Part shown: in pieces, positions 1-9,574 of the stretch
Numbering within the stretch: the stretch's first letter is position 1
Layout of the letters: every line of letters begins with the position of its first letter
IMG/VR virus record: IMGVR_UViG_3300020500_000005
Location: 1-27,975 of that record
Length of the DNA stretch: 27,975 bases
Source: a virus
Taxonomy: Duplodnaviria; Caudoviricetes
Strand: one strand, 5' to 3'
Position numbers and translations under genes: made by a program
Notes under the pieces: model-generated
Database searches by the model: none
The model's input: the letters and a program-made list of their open reading frames with translations, nothing else
What the model was told of the DNA's origin: nothing

Positions 1-3000
1 CCTCCTTTCATATTTCCAAACATTCCTTCCATTCCCCCCATATTTTTAGCCATACCTACTCCTCCTTTTATGTTACCAAATAACCCTGAAGCAGTATCCA
101 TCATATTGCCAAAATCTTGGGAAGCTCTTTCAAGTCTTTTATTTGAAACATAGCCTGATTTATTATAATCTGACATAGCATCTCTAGCAGCTAAATTACC
201 ATAAGTACTTCCAACTCCTGAACCTACATCTCCAATACCACTACCTACCATACCAACATTACCTGTAGCTATACCTCCAGCAATTTTTCCAACCCCCGTA
301 ATAGTTTTTCCTACACCAGACCCTACTGTGTAACCTTTTGTTCTTGTTAAAAAAGAATCTCCTAAAGCACTTTTAGTAATATTTCCTACAATCGGTACTT
401 CACTTAATCTACCTAATACAAATCCTGCAGGTTGTTTTAAAAAGTTAAATGCACCCCAATCTACTTTATCATCTACAAACTGTTGTCTATCATTTCTTAC
501 TTTTGTATTTAAAAAATCATTTTGAGTAGCAGCTTGTAATTCTCCTAAAGTTGCTCTACCTGTATTTGCATTAAATAATCTAGGAGAACTAGATGCCCCG
601 CCATAACTATTACCATACATTTCTGCAAAACCACCTCCTGCATATTGTCTTATTCTACCTCCGTTCATATTTACTAAATCATTTAGATTTACTCCCATAT
701 CATAAGCAGTAGTATCATCACTAAAATGTACTCTCGGTACAGGATTATACTGTTCATTAAATACATTGCTTTTATGAATATATTCTGGGGCACCCACAGG
801 CAACATATCCATTTCTCCTCCATCTTGGTATTTTTTTAAATAACCTCCATTTTTAGCTGGAGGTGCAACTGAATTTAATAAATTTGAGGGAAAAGGATTA
901 GATGATTTTGAAGGATTAAAATAATCTGACCAAAGATTTGACATATCAAAATCTTCAAAATCTGTAAGGTTAGCAGGATCGTTAATATCTATTTTTTTTC
1001 CTGGAGTACTTTGATAATTTTGCATAAAAGCTTGTTCAGGATTAATCATACCTGTATTAGTCATACCTGTTTGTGGATTTTGAAATTTACTCATTAACCC
1101 AGTAACTTGATTAACTCCTTGATTTACAGAACCTAATACATCATTAATTCCTGAAAATACGCTTGGTTTATTAATCATTTCTTCCATATCTTCAATATTG
1201 TCAGGCATTACTGATCTAAAGTATGAATTATCTTGATATAATTCAGGACCCATACCGAATCCTTTATATCCTTCTTGATAATTAAGATAACCTCCTGCAG
1301 GATATTTTTTAGTTTTTTTATTTTTCATATTGTTATTTATGGTACCACCATTTAAATACTCTAAAGCTTTTGTAGATTTATTACCTGGTAGTATATTTTT
1401 AAAACTATCATACAATTCTTTTATAGAATGTTTATATTTTATTTCTTTAGGTATAGTAGCATAATATGCAAAAAAATCTTCATATAAATTTGGATTTTTA
1501 TGGTTTAATAATCCTACTATAGGTAAATTTTTATTTTGTGTACTAGCATCAGGCAGTAAATTTTCTTTAATAAATCTATTTTGAGCTTTTATAGTTTTTT
1601 CTGGTTCCATTAAATAATCCCCACTTCTAATACCTTTTAAGCCTTTTTTTCTAACTTCTTCAATACCTTTTTGATATAAAATATCTTGTATTTTATGTCC
1701 TTGAAGATTTTCTTTTACTGAAATTATTCCAGGCTTATACCAATCTTCATATTCTTTAAATAAAGAAAGATTTGCTTGGATTTTATTATTAGGGTCTCTT
1801 AATAAAACAGCAAAATTTTCATCACCTAAATCTTGATAATCAAAAGATAAAGATTCTGGTAAAAACTCTTTACGACCTAAATCAAAACGAGGGTTTTCTA
1901 AAAATTTTTGTACTGATTGTTTTTTTAAAAGTTTATCACTTATATCAGCTAAAGGATTAATTAAGTTATTTACAAATTGTCCTGTATTTTGTGTACCTAT
2001 TCCTCCAATTGCTCCCATAGCCATAGGAGTGGCTAAATTTAAAGCAGCTTGACTATAATCACCTTCTTTTATATTTAAAGGAATTTGACCTACATTACCT
2101 GCTAAATCTCCTATATATCTCAATGGGTTTAAATCGTCAATAATATTATTCTCATTAGGAAAAAATCTCATTCTATCTCCCAATACACTAGCTCTTAATG
2201 CCATATTTTCTATCGTGGCATCTTCTTTTCTTGCTTTATCTGCTAATTTAATTCTTTTATTTCTATTAGCAATTTGAGCTTTTTCTTCATTTGCTTTTAA
2301 CTTAGTGGCTTTATCTAAATTCCTTAATTGTTCTTTAGTCATTAAGTTAATAGGAGAATCTATAGTCCTTCTTGTATTATCTGAAGGAGAGGTAACTTCT
2401 ATTTTTTTAAAAATAGGTCCTCCATCTTCATAATACTTAGGAAGATTAAGGAATTTTTTTAATGTAGGGTCTTGATTAATAATAGAATCTCTAAAGTTAA
2501 TAATTGTTTTCCCATACAAAGGATTATCTTTTAAAGATAAAGGGTTTCCTTTTACATCTACTCCATAAAATTTTTGATTTGGATTTTCATAATAATCTAT
2601 TTCTGTATTAGGGTTTAATTTGCCAAATCCATTATAAGCTTGTAATTGATAAATTAAATCATTTTTAGGTATCTTTTTTTGATTGTAAAGTGTTTTTGCA
2701 TAATTTGCTTTTTCCTTTAATCCTGTTATAAAGGCACCTGCTTCTATCTCTTCTTCAGTAAATAATTCATTTTTTCCTTTAGGGTCAAAATAATAATCAA
2801 GATTATGTCCTAAATTATCATCTATTTTACCTAATCCACTTTCTTGTAAAGAAACTGCCAAAGCTAGGTCTCTAGGATAACCTAAATAATCAGCCATTTT
2901 AATAATGGCTTGTACATTTTCCTTATCTATTTCTTTAAAGTTTTTTAAATCTTTAGTAGGATTTAAAGCTTTTTTTGTAATAGGGTTTATTTTTCTATTA

Positions 3001-3236
3001 TCTTGTAAATTAAAAGACTTTGGCAATGTTTTAGGATCCGTATATACTTTCTTTTTCGTTTCTTTAGGGAAGAAAAAGTTTTTTATAGGATTTACCACTT
3101 CTGTATTTAATTCTTCTTTTATATCTTCCCATACTCCTCCTCCTTCAGCATATTTATCAATAGAAAAATCTTCAGAGTAGTTATCTAACCACCCTGAAGA
3201 CTTAGTTTTATTAAGATCAGTTTTCTTTTTATCCAT
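1..3236 (-). CDS. Large modular virion cargo/ejection protein (3'-truncated, >1078 aa) with lytic transglycosylase-like and GNAT-like domains and Gly-rich hydrophobic segments
   Basis: Absent from the ORF track because it runs off the window. Manual translation from ATG at 3236 (TAATG overlap with the upstream stop) stays open to base 1: MDKKKTDLNKTKSSGWLDNYSEDFSIDKYAEGGG... It contains ALAVSLQESGLG (E132) and LQAYNGFG (SLT-like motifs), ISVKENLQGHKIQDILYQKGIEEVRKKGLKGIRSG (GNAT motif A-like) and repeated YxxGG. Its position after the muzzle gene matches Crassvirales cargo genes. Confidence 0.85.
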   Translation of the reverse strand, partial: MDKKKTDLNKTKSSGWLDNYSEDFSIDKYAEGGGVWEDIKEELNTEVVNPIKNFFFPKETKKKVYTDPKTLPKSFNLQDNRKINPITKKALNPTKDLKNFKEIDKENVQAIIKMADYLGYPRDLALAVSLQESGLGKIDDNLGHNLDYYFDPKGKNELFTEEEIEAGAFITGLKEKANYAKTLYNQKKIPKNDLIYQLQAYNGFGKLNPNTEIDYYENPNQKFYGVDVKGNPLSLKDNPLYGKTIINFRDSIINQDPTLKKFLNLPKYYEDGGPIFKKIEVTSPSDNTRRTIDSPINLMTKEQLRNLDKATKLKANEEKAQIANRNKRIKLADKARKEDATIENMALRASVLGDRMRFFPNENNIIDDLNPLRYIGDLAGNVGQIPLNIKEGDYSQAALNLATPMAMGAIGGIGTQNTGQFVNNLINPLADISDKLLKKQSVQKFLENPRFDLGRKEFLPESLSFDYQDLGDENFAVLLRDPNNKIQANLSLFKEYEDWYKPGIISVKENLQGHKIQDILYQKGIEEVRKKGLKGIRSGDYLMEPEKTIKAQNRFIKENLLPDASTQNKNLPIVGLLNHKNPNLYEDFFAYYATIPKEIKYKHSIKELYDSFKNILPGNKSTKALEYLNGGTINNNMKNKKTKKYPAGGYLNYQEGYKGFGMGPELYQDNSYFRSVMPDNIEDMEEMINKPSVFSGINDVLGSVNQGVNQVTGLMSKFQNPQTGMTNTGMINPEQAFMQNYQSTPGKKIDINDPANLTDFEDFDMSNLWSDYFNPSKSSNPFPSNLLNSVAPPAKNGGYLKKYQDGGEMDMLPVGAPEYIHKSNVFNEQYNPVPRVHFSDDTTAYDMGVNLNDLVNMNGGRIRQYAGGGFAEMYGNSYGGASSSPRLFNANTGRATLGELQAATQNDFLNTKVRNDRQQFVDDKVDWGAFNFLKQPAGFVLGRLSEVPIVGNITKSALGDSFLTRTKGYTVGSGVGKTITGVGKIAGGIATGNVGMVGSGIGDVGSGVGSTYGNLAARDAMSDYNKSGYVSNKRLERASQDFGNMMDTASGLFGNIKGGVGMAKNMGGMEGMFGNMKG

Positions 3237-6200
3237 TATCTCATTGATATGTTATAATTAAGAACTGTAAATTTAAGTATAAATTTTAAATTTTCTAAAT
3301 CTTTATCATCTATTTTAACTCTGTAATTGAAAAAGTTACTTTCTAATCTATTAATCTCTGTCCAATTTTTACTAAAAGATACATTATTATTAGGTTCTTT
3401 AAATATATCTCCTTGTAAAAATGGTTGGCTTTGGTCTAAAACAAAGTTTGAAAAATTATTTAAATATAGTATTCCATTTACAAAATGGTGAGGTTGATTA
3501 CCTAACACTACATTAGACATATAATCTTCATTTACAGGAGTTTTAATAAATATCTCTCCACTATGTTGATGACTATTCCAAATACTAACACTTGTAGGAG
3601 GCTCTTGTAATATTACTTGTTGACCATTTACATTTTCAAAAGCATCTATCTTTAACCCCATATTATTAAAATTAGTATATAATAAAGGATGATAGGTAAA
3701 CACTCCATCTAATATAGAAGGATAGTGTACTCCATAAAACTTTCTATAAGAATTAAAATTATCTTCGTGTATATACAAATCATAGTTATCACTTTGAGTA
3801 AAGAAAGTATCTCTACTTTGTATATAAGCCATAGGAAGATAAGAATGAAAAGAATAAAAAGCTTTATCTTCAGGGTAATAAGAAATAGTAAACTCATTAC
3901 CTTTATCTGTCATTAAAAGTCTTTTATGTCTGTAATCATATCCAAAATTTATTTCAACATTTTTTAAATCAGGATTTACTTGATAAGAATTAAAATACTT
4001 TTTAAAGTTACTTCTAAAAAAACCGCTCATACCATAACTAGATATACTATCTAATTTACCTCCAGACATTAAATTAACACTTTGTGTCTTTAAATCTATA
4101 AAGAAATATCCTGCATTATTTTGGAATTTAAATCTTTTATCTTGTAATCCCATATAACCTTCGTTAGAAGCAAATAACTCTAATTGTTGAGAACTTAAAA
4201 AGTCATTAGTACCTAAATATATTTGAGTAGTACTTGCTTGTAATTTTGACTCTAAAGTAAGTAATCTCCAAATATTATCAGTAGTATGAGCATATAATAT
4301 TTGATTCTCTTTAAACAAATTAGTTATTTTTCCTTCTTTATGAGGAAGAGTAACAAAACTATTCTTTAAAAACTTACTGTAATTTAATCTTCCTACTGAT
4401 TGATTATCTGCAGTTGAAATAGCAATTCTATTATCAAATTCAGTATCACAATCACAAGTTTTGTATGTTCGGTTTATAGGTTTAATTAAATTGTATCTCA
4501 TACCATTTAATTCATTATAATCCGTATTAAGGTTAATTTTATTATTGTGAAAGTTTTTATATGCATCATTGTATTCCACTTCATCATAATTTGTACTTGT
4601 ACAATTATCTTGATCATTTCTACAAATCAACTCATAAAAATAAGTATTTAAAAAACAATCTTCTGCATATTCATTTTTTCTATTAGAAAATAGATAATAT
4701 TTACCATTAGATAATTTAGGATAATACACTTCATTAAAAGTAGGACCTTCGTATCTTAAATCTAAATTTACATCAGATTCAATTACAGTATTTAATAAAG
4801 TAACATTTGCTTTTTGTGCTAAATATAAATTTAATAAAAGGTCTCCTGTAGGACTTCTTCCTATAATATTTTGAATAGTATAAACCCCATCTAATCTATC
4901 CATCCAAGGAGCACTATTATCGTCAATATAAGAATCTTCTAGCATACCTGTAACACCTGTCCTTACAAAAGAAAAAGTATTAATATAACTATCTCCATAA
5001 AACCCTACTAAAGTTTCTTGCCCTGCACAACCTTTTAAACCTGTATCAATAAAAAACATATCATCTATACTTCCATATTGTCTAGGTAAATTATTCTTAA
5101 TGGACCCATAATAAATATACCCATGATTACATCTATCTAAAATATTAGGAACTGTAGCATTGTCTATATAATCTTTAAAATAAGTAACTCCTGAAGGGGT
5201 AAATGGAGCTAAAGCTGTAACAAAAACCTCAACAGGAGGACCTAAAGTAAGAGGAGGTCCTCCAGTAAGAGTTAAAGTAGTACTATTAGTTACAATAAAT
5301 GTATTTGTGTTGGCTATTTGTGTAGGAGCTGATGAATTACTAACAGTAATTGTAGTACCTACAGGATAATTATTATTATAAGTTACAGTACTTGGAGTAG
5401 CTACTGTAAAAGATTGTTCTGCGGCATAGTTAGGTATTTTTTGTAAAAATAAAGTTGAAACTGAAACTCCTATTAAACTAAGACTTCCTGTATTTAATTT
5501 AGTAAGAATAATTTTTTGTTTTGAAGGAAAACCTGAAATAGGACCAAAACCTGTAACTTTAAAAGAATCTCCTTTTTTTACAGGATTAATTAGTCCTGGT
5601 ATTAAACCTGGATTATCAACAAAATAAATATCATTTAAATTAAAAGTTCCAACAAGTTGAGGTTCAAGTTCTATTTCAGTAGAACTTTTTATTATGTAAT
5701 CTCTTATAATAATATAAGGAAAAGGGAGAGGCCCTCCGCCTCCAGATGTTAATCCACATTTTTTAGAACTTGTATCTGAATTGAAAAATCCTAAACTATT
5801 ATGAAAAGATAAATCAGACTTTAATTGATAATCTAAATACACTCCACTTTCTCTATAAAAGTTTACTAAAGAAAACTCTGTGTTTAAAATTTTATTTAAA
5901 ATAACATTATCATTTACATATGAGTAATTATTTGTACAAATATTTTTAAAATTGTATTTTAAAGATCTATTTTTATACCCATTAGTTCTATTTATAGATC
6001 CATCATTATTTTGTACATAACCATAATCATATAAATTATATATTTGAACTGCAGAAGACCTAACTCTACCATCTTTATCTTTAAATGTTGAAGGGTCTAT
6101 AATAGGATCTCCTATTAACCCACCCTGTGTAGTATTTATTCCATCAATAGAATCTATAAAATACCCAATAGAATTATATTGTTGCTCTATTTTTACATGG

Positions 6201-8236
6201 TTTACATTCAAACCTTGTTGGTAAGATAGAGTATTACCTCCATAAAACATAATACCTTTATCGTAATGTTTACCATATCCACAATTTTTTACAAAATCAA
6301 ATATAGGGCTTGAAGTTTCAATAGTTTTATCTCTCAAATTTGAAAAATAATCCCATTTAGCTGCAGCATTAACATTATGTTTAGGGTAAATATAATCTTG
6401 TCCATTAAAATTGTTTTTAAACATTTCAACAAACCAACCTTTATCTTGTATTGATTTATTAAAAGTATCTCTTCTTACATATACAATTCTATATCCTGTT
6501 GCTTTAACTCCTCCAGTTTCTTCTAATGTAGGCATCACTACATTTTCTAATTTTAATCCTAAAGGATAAATTTCTAAACTATCATATTTACTATCAAATC
6601 TATTTTTATTTTCTTCAATAGCATAATCATCAGTTAAATTATTATGGAAAGGTTCAATAGTAGAATCTGGCATTTTAAACAAAGTAATAGGTGCTCCTAA
6701 AATTTTGTTAGTAATAGGTTGTATCTCAATAGGATACATATAATCATTAGGGTCTAGTGACCCTCCTTGTACTCCACATCTAGGAATTACAGGGTATCTT
6801 TCTTCTGACTCAAAGTATCCTAAATATCCCTCAGATCTAATATTATTAGAATCATTACTTATAGTTCCTGAACAAAAATCATTTATACTAAGATCTCCTG
6901 CAAAATGATTATATGAAGTTCTTTTTGCTGTATTTACTTCTTTCCAATACTGTCTAGAATCCGTACAACATAATTTAGTATCATCTGTTATTGGTCTATC
7001 TCCTGAAGGACCTGTAAAATCAGGGAAAGGGGTATATTTTTTATTTATTAAAGGAAAAACTGGAGACTCTGACATATCTTCAAACTCTATCACAATACCT
7101 AACATATAATTTTCATCACGCATCCAAGACTTATGATGGATAATATGTTCTGGATTTTTGTATCCTTTAGTTCTACTTAGATTTATTCTTCCTGTCACAT
7201 ATTTAACAGAAATTTTATTTGCTATTGGTTGATAATCAATTTGTTTAATACCTTTTACACCTGCTAGTAATAATTTATCAGTGTATATTAATCCATGCTT
7301 TGCTGTAGTATAAAAAGCTCTTTTATTTAAAACTTCTGCTATGTCTATACCCGTATCAAAAGTAGTGTCACCTTCATAAGTAACTTTTAAAGACGAACTA
7401 ACTGGTTGAGTTTTTTTAAAAATAAAAGAAGTGGGTACTCCTCCAACGGTTTTAATAAACCCTATATTGATAAATGGATATTTTGTATCTACATTATCCA
7501 ATTCTAAAACAATACTTTTATTTAATTTTTTAGGAGCATTACCGTCAATATACTGATAAGTTCCAGAAATAAAATCTTCTATTAAAGGAATGTTTTCATT
7601 TATAATGTAATAGTTAGTTGTATTACCATCAAGATCCTCATATTGAATAAAAGGCCTATACATTCCTGCATCTATATTGTAAGCAGCGTTTTCTATAAAA
7701 CTTACATTAGATAATGTAATACAAGTTTCTGCAGTTTTAAATAAATCTAATTCTTCAATGGGGCCATCTCCAGGCCCTTCACTTAAAAACCTAGATATAT
7801 TTATATTTCTCACTCTATTTACTCCATCCCAAAATATAAGTACTATATCTTCACATTCTGTTTTTGTAAAAGATACTGATTCTAAATATATTGAAAAATT
7901 TAAATCTGGGTTAGCGTATAGCTTAGTATAAGTATTTGCATTAGGGTCATATAACCCTATTTCATTAGTATGTAAAAATACTACAACTTTATTAAGTTGT
8001 TTAATTAAATTAGAATGTAATACTTTTCCTGGTAATTTTATTCTAAATTCATTAGAATATTCTGTAGCTAAAAAGTTTTGTTCATTTTCAGTCTCTTTTA
8101 CCACATTTAAAGCAGCTCTATAAGTACTTTCAGGTTGAGTTTCAGGAGAAGTTTCTGTATTAATACCCTTAGTAAAAGTATAATTGGCTATATCCTGTAA
8201 AGTTTTAGTTTTATTTGTATTATTTTTATCTGCCAT
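3236..8236 (-). CDS. Tail stabilization / muzzle protein (P22 gp10-like, Crassvirales)
   Basis: 1666 aa ORF. N-terminal FTKGINTETSPETQPESTYRAALN and C-terminal FTISYYPEDKAFYSFHSYLP resemble crAss-like stabilization proteins. It directly follows the tail tubular/ring gene. Confidence 0.8.
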   Translation of the reverse strand: MADKNNTNKTKTLQDIANYTFTKGINTETSPETQPESTYRAALNVVKETENEQNFLATEYSNEFRIKLPGKVLHSNLIKQLNKVVVFLHTNEIGLYDPNANTYTKLYANPDLNFSIYLESVSFTKTECEDIVLIFWDGVNRVRNINISRFLSEGPGDGPIEELDLFKTAETCITLSNVSFIENAAYNIDAGMYRPFIQYEDLDGNTTNYYIINENIPLIEDFISGTYQYIDGNAPKKLNKSIVLELDNVDTKYPFINIGFIKTVGGVPTSFIFKKTQPVSSSLKVTYEGDTTFDTGIDIAEVLNKRAFYTTAKHGLIYTDKLLLAGVKGIKQIDYQPIANKISVKYVTGRINLSRTKGYKNPEHIIHHKSWMRDENYMLGIVIEFEDMSESPVFPLINKKYTPFPDFTGPSGDRPITDDTKLCCTDSRQYWKEVNTAKRTSYNHFAGDLSINDFCSGTISNDSNNIRSEGYLGYFESEERYPVIPRCGVQGGSLDPNDYMYPIEIQPITNKILGAPITLFKMPDSTIEPFHNNLTDDYAIEENKNRFDSKYDSLEIYPLGLKLENVVMPTLEETGGVKATGYRIVYVRRDTFNKSIQDKGWFVEMFKNNFNGQDYIYPKHNVNAAAKWDYFSNLRDKTIETSSPIFDFVKNCGYGKHYDKGIMFYGGNTLSYQQGLNVNHVKIEQQYNSIGYFIDSIDGINTTQGGLIGDPIIDPSTFKDKDGRVRSSAVQIYNLYDYGYVQNNDGSINRTNGYKNRSLKYNFKNICTNNYSYVNDNVILNKILNTEFSLVNFYRESGVYLDYQLKSDLSFHNSLGFFNSDTSSKKCGLTSGGGGPLPFPYIIIRDYIIKSSTEIELEPQLVGTFNLNDIYFVDNPGLIPGLINPVKKGDSFKVTGFGPISGFPSKQKIILTKLNTGSLSLIGVSVSTLFLQKIPNYAAEQSFTVATPSTVTYNNNYPVGTTITVSNSSAPTQIANTNTFIVTNSTTLTLTGGPPLTLGPPVEVFVTALAPFTPSGVTYFKDYIDNATVPNILDRCNHGYIYYGSIKNNLPRQYGSIDDMFFIDTGLKGCAGQETLVGFYGDSYINTFSFVRTGVTGMLEDSYIDDNSAPWMDRLDGVYTIQNIIGRSPTGDLLLNLYLAQKANVTLLNTVIESDVNLDLRYEGPTFNEVYYPKLSNGKYYLFSNRKNEYAEDCFLNTYFYELICRNDQDNCTSTNYDEVEYNDAYKNFHNNKINLNTDYNELNGMRYNLIKPINRTYKTCDCDTEFDNRIAISTADNQSVGRLNYSKFLKNSFVTLPHKEGKITNLFKENQILYAHTTDNIWRLLTLESKLQASTTQIYLGTNDFLSSQQLELFASNEGYMGLQDKRFKFQNNAGYFFIDLKTQSVNLMSGGKLDSISSYGMSGFFRSNFKKYFNSYQVNPDLKNVEINFGYDYRHKRLLMTDKGNEFTISYYPEDKAFYSFHSYLPMAYIQSRDTFFTQSDNYDLYIHEDNFNSYRKFYGVHYPSILDGVFTYHPLLYTNFNNMGLKIDAFENVNGQQVILQEPPTSVSIWNSHQHSGEIFIKTPVNEDYMSNVVLGNQPHHFVNGILYLNNFSNFVLDQSQPFLQGDIFKEPNNNVSFSKNWTEINRLESNFFNYRVKIDDKDLENLKFILKFTVLNYNISMR

Positions 8237-8244
8237 ACTTTATA

Positions 8245-9195
8245 TTAATATCTGGTGAAACCATTGTTTATTTTCTGAGATTTTCTTTGATCTAATCCAT
8301 GATAAGAGTTAGGTACTAAAAATTGATTAGTAGCTTCACCCATAGCCCACATTTCATCAAATGTTTGAGCATTCATGTCTTCTCTCGCCTTTAATTTCCA
8401 TTTAGAGTATTCTCTATCTGCTAATTGAAAAAAGTTTAAATCAGGGCCACTTCTGCTCTTTCTATATTGAATATATGCAAACTTTCTTTCTATGGCGGCA
8501 ATCAAAGCATTCGTAAAACTGCCCATATTTGGAACTAAAGGTAATCCATCTGTTCCTATAGGGATACCTAAATACCCTACTAATAAATCTGCTTCTTTGA
8601 AATCTGTTATAATATATCCATTATCAATATTAAAAGTATGGGAAGGATTCAAATTGAAACCTAATTCTCTATAATTTAACAATGAAACTTGATTTTTTTG
8701 AGGTTGCAATATTACCCATCTTTTAGGGTTTGTAGAATACCATTGAGTAAAATCTTGTACTGCAGCAAATTTAAATCCTTTTGCTCTCTCTAAATTGTTA
8801 ATATACAAATATCCTGCAGTTTCAATATAATTCTGTTCACAATTACAAGATTTATTTTCTGGGCATTTGCACACTCTCTTATACTCCCAAGTACAATTTT
8901 CATTACCAGGTTCTTGTCTAACATATTCTGTTAAGAAAAAAGGATCATCTTGAATAAGTGTAGGTTGAGCTAATACATATAAAGTTTGTCTAAATCCACA
9001 AGGCAATTGTGCTTTGTAATTTTTTACACTTATTTTCTGCACTCTTTCTTTATATTGCTTATAGGTACCTATATCGTTGTAAGCATCTAAAATCCATTCA
9101 GTAATTAAATCTTCATTAAAATTTAATTCTGAAACCGCAATTTGTTTCCAGTTTTCTATAACTGTGCTAATTGGTACTAGTTCTATGTTAATCAT
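8245..9195 (-). CDS. Tail tubular / ring protein (P22 gp4-like)
   Basis: 316 aa with EWILDAYNDIG, VKNYKAQLPCGF and FNIDNGYIITDFKEADLLVGYLGIPIGTDGLPLVP, as in crAss-like tubular proteins. It lies between the IHF-like and muzzle genes. Confidence 0.75.
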   Translation of the reverse strand: MINIELVPISTVIENWKQIAVSELNFNEDLITEWILDAYNDIGTYKQYKERVQKISVKNYKAQLPCGFRQTLYVLAQPTLIQDDPFFLTEYVRQEPGNENCTWEYKRVCKCPENKSCNCEQNYIETAGYLYINNLERAKGFKFAAVQDFTQWYSTNPKRWVILQPQKNQVSLLNYRELGFNLNPSHTFNIDNGYIITDFKEADLLVGYLGIPIGTDGLPLVPNMGSFTNALIAAIERKFAYIQYRKSRSGPDLNFFQLADREYSKWKLKAREDMNAQTFDEMWAMGEATNQFLVPNSYHGLDQRKSQKINNGFTRY

Positions 9196-9574
9196 CGTTT
9201 ATTATTTTTTTAGCTAATTCTCTGTTTAAAAATCTATAAGGCTTAAATGTATAGTAGTTGGTTCTTATATTGTTTCCCCAAGCAATTTTATATCGTACTC
9301 TATTACTGTGAAAATTAGTATAATACACTGTTTTACCAAGTTTCTTTGTCATACCAAAGTCAATTATTTTTTTATCCGATTTATAGGCTTTTAAGTAAAA
9401 AAGTCCTAGTCCTGGAAGCTTTACTTTGTTTTTATAAATTAAACGTTCTGAGGCTACCTTAAACAGCTCCTCAATCACTTTTTTATAAGTGACTTTATCT
9501 ATATCTTTTTTCTTCTCTAATACTTTTACAAGAGAGAAAAAAGCCTCTGATTTATTACTTACCTTTCGTGCCAT
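9188..9574 (-). CDS. HU/IHF-like DNA-binding protein (crAss gene 53-like)
   Basis: 128 aa, very basic. KVKLPGLGLFYLK resembles the HU/IHF core, followed by IDFGMTKKLGKTVYYTNFHS. Conserved location in the crAss tail block. Confidence 0.75.
   Translation of the reverse strand: MARKVSNKSEAFFSLVKVLEKKKDIDKVTYKKVIEELFKVASERLIYKNKVKLPGLGLFYLKAYKSDKKIIDFGMTKKLGKTVYYTNFHSNRVRYKIAWGNNIRTNYYTFKPYRFLNRELAKKIINDD

Noticed and set aside
2905-3180. Plus-strand 91 aa ORF, and other plus-strand ORFs at 3725, 8492, 13385, 17662 and 26716
   Set aside because: Antisense shadows of long minus-strand genes, with no recognisable motifs.
1-3235. Stop-codon recoding as the reason the track shows no long ORF here
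   Set aside because: Manual translation shows an uninterrupted frame in the standard code; the ORF only lacks a stop inside the window.
3709-3897. 62 aa hydrophobic minus-strand ORF inside the muzzle gene
   Set aside because: Out-of-frame overlap; its hydrophobicity is expected from AT-rich alternative frames.
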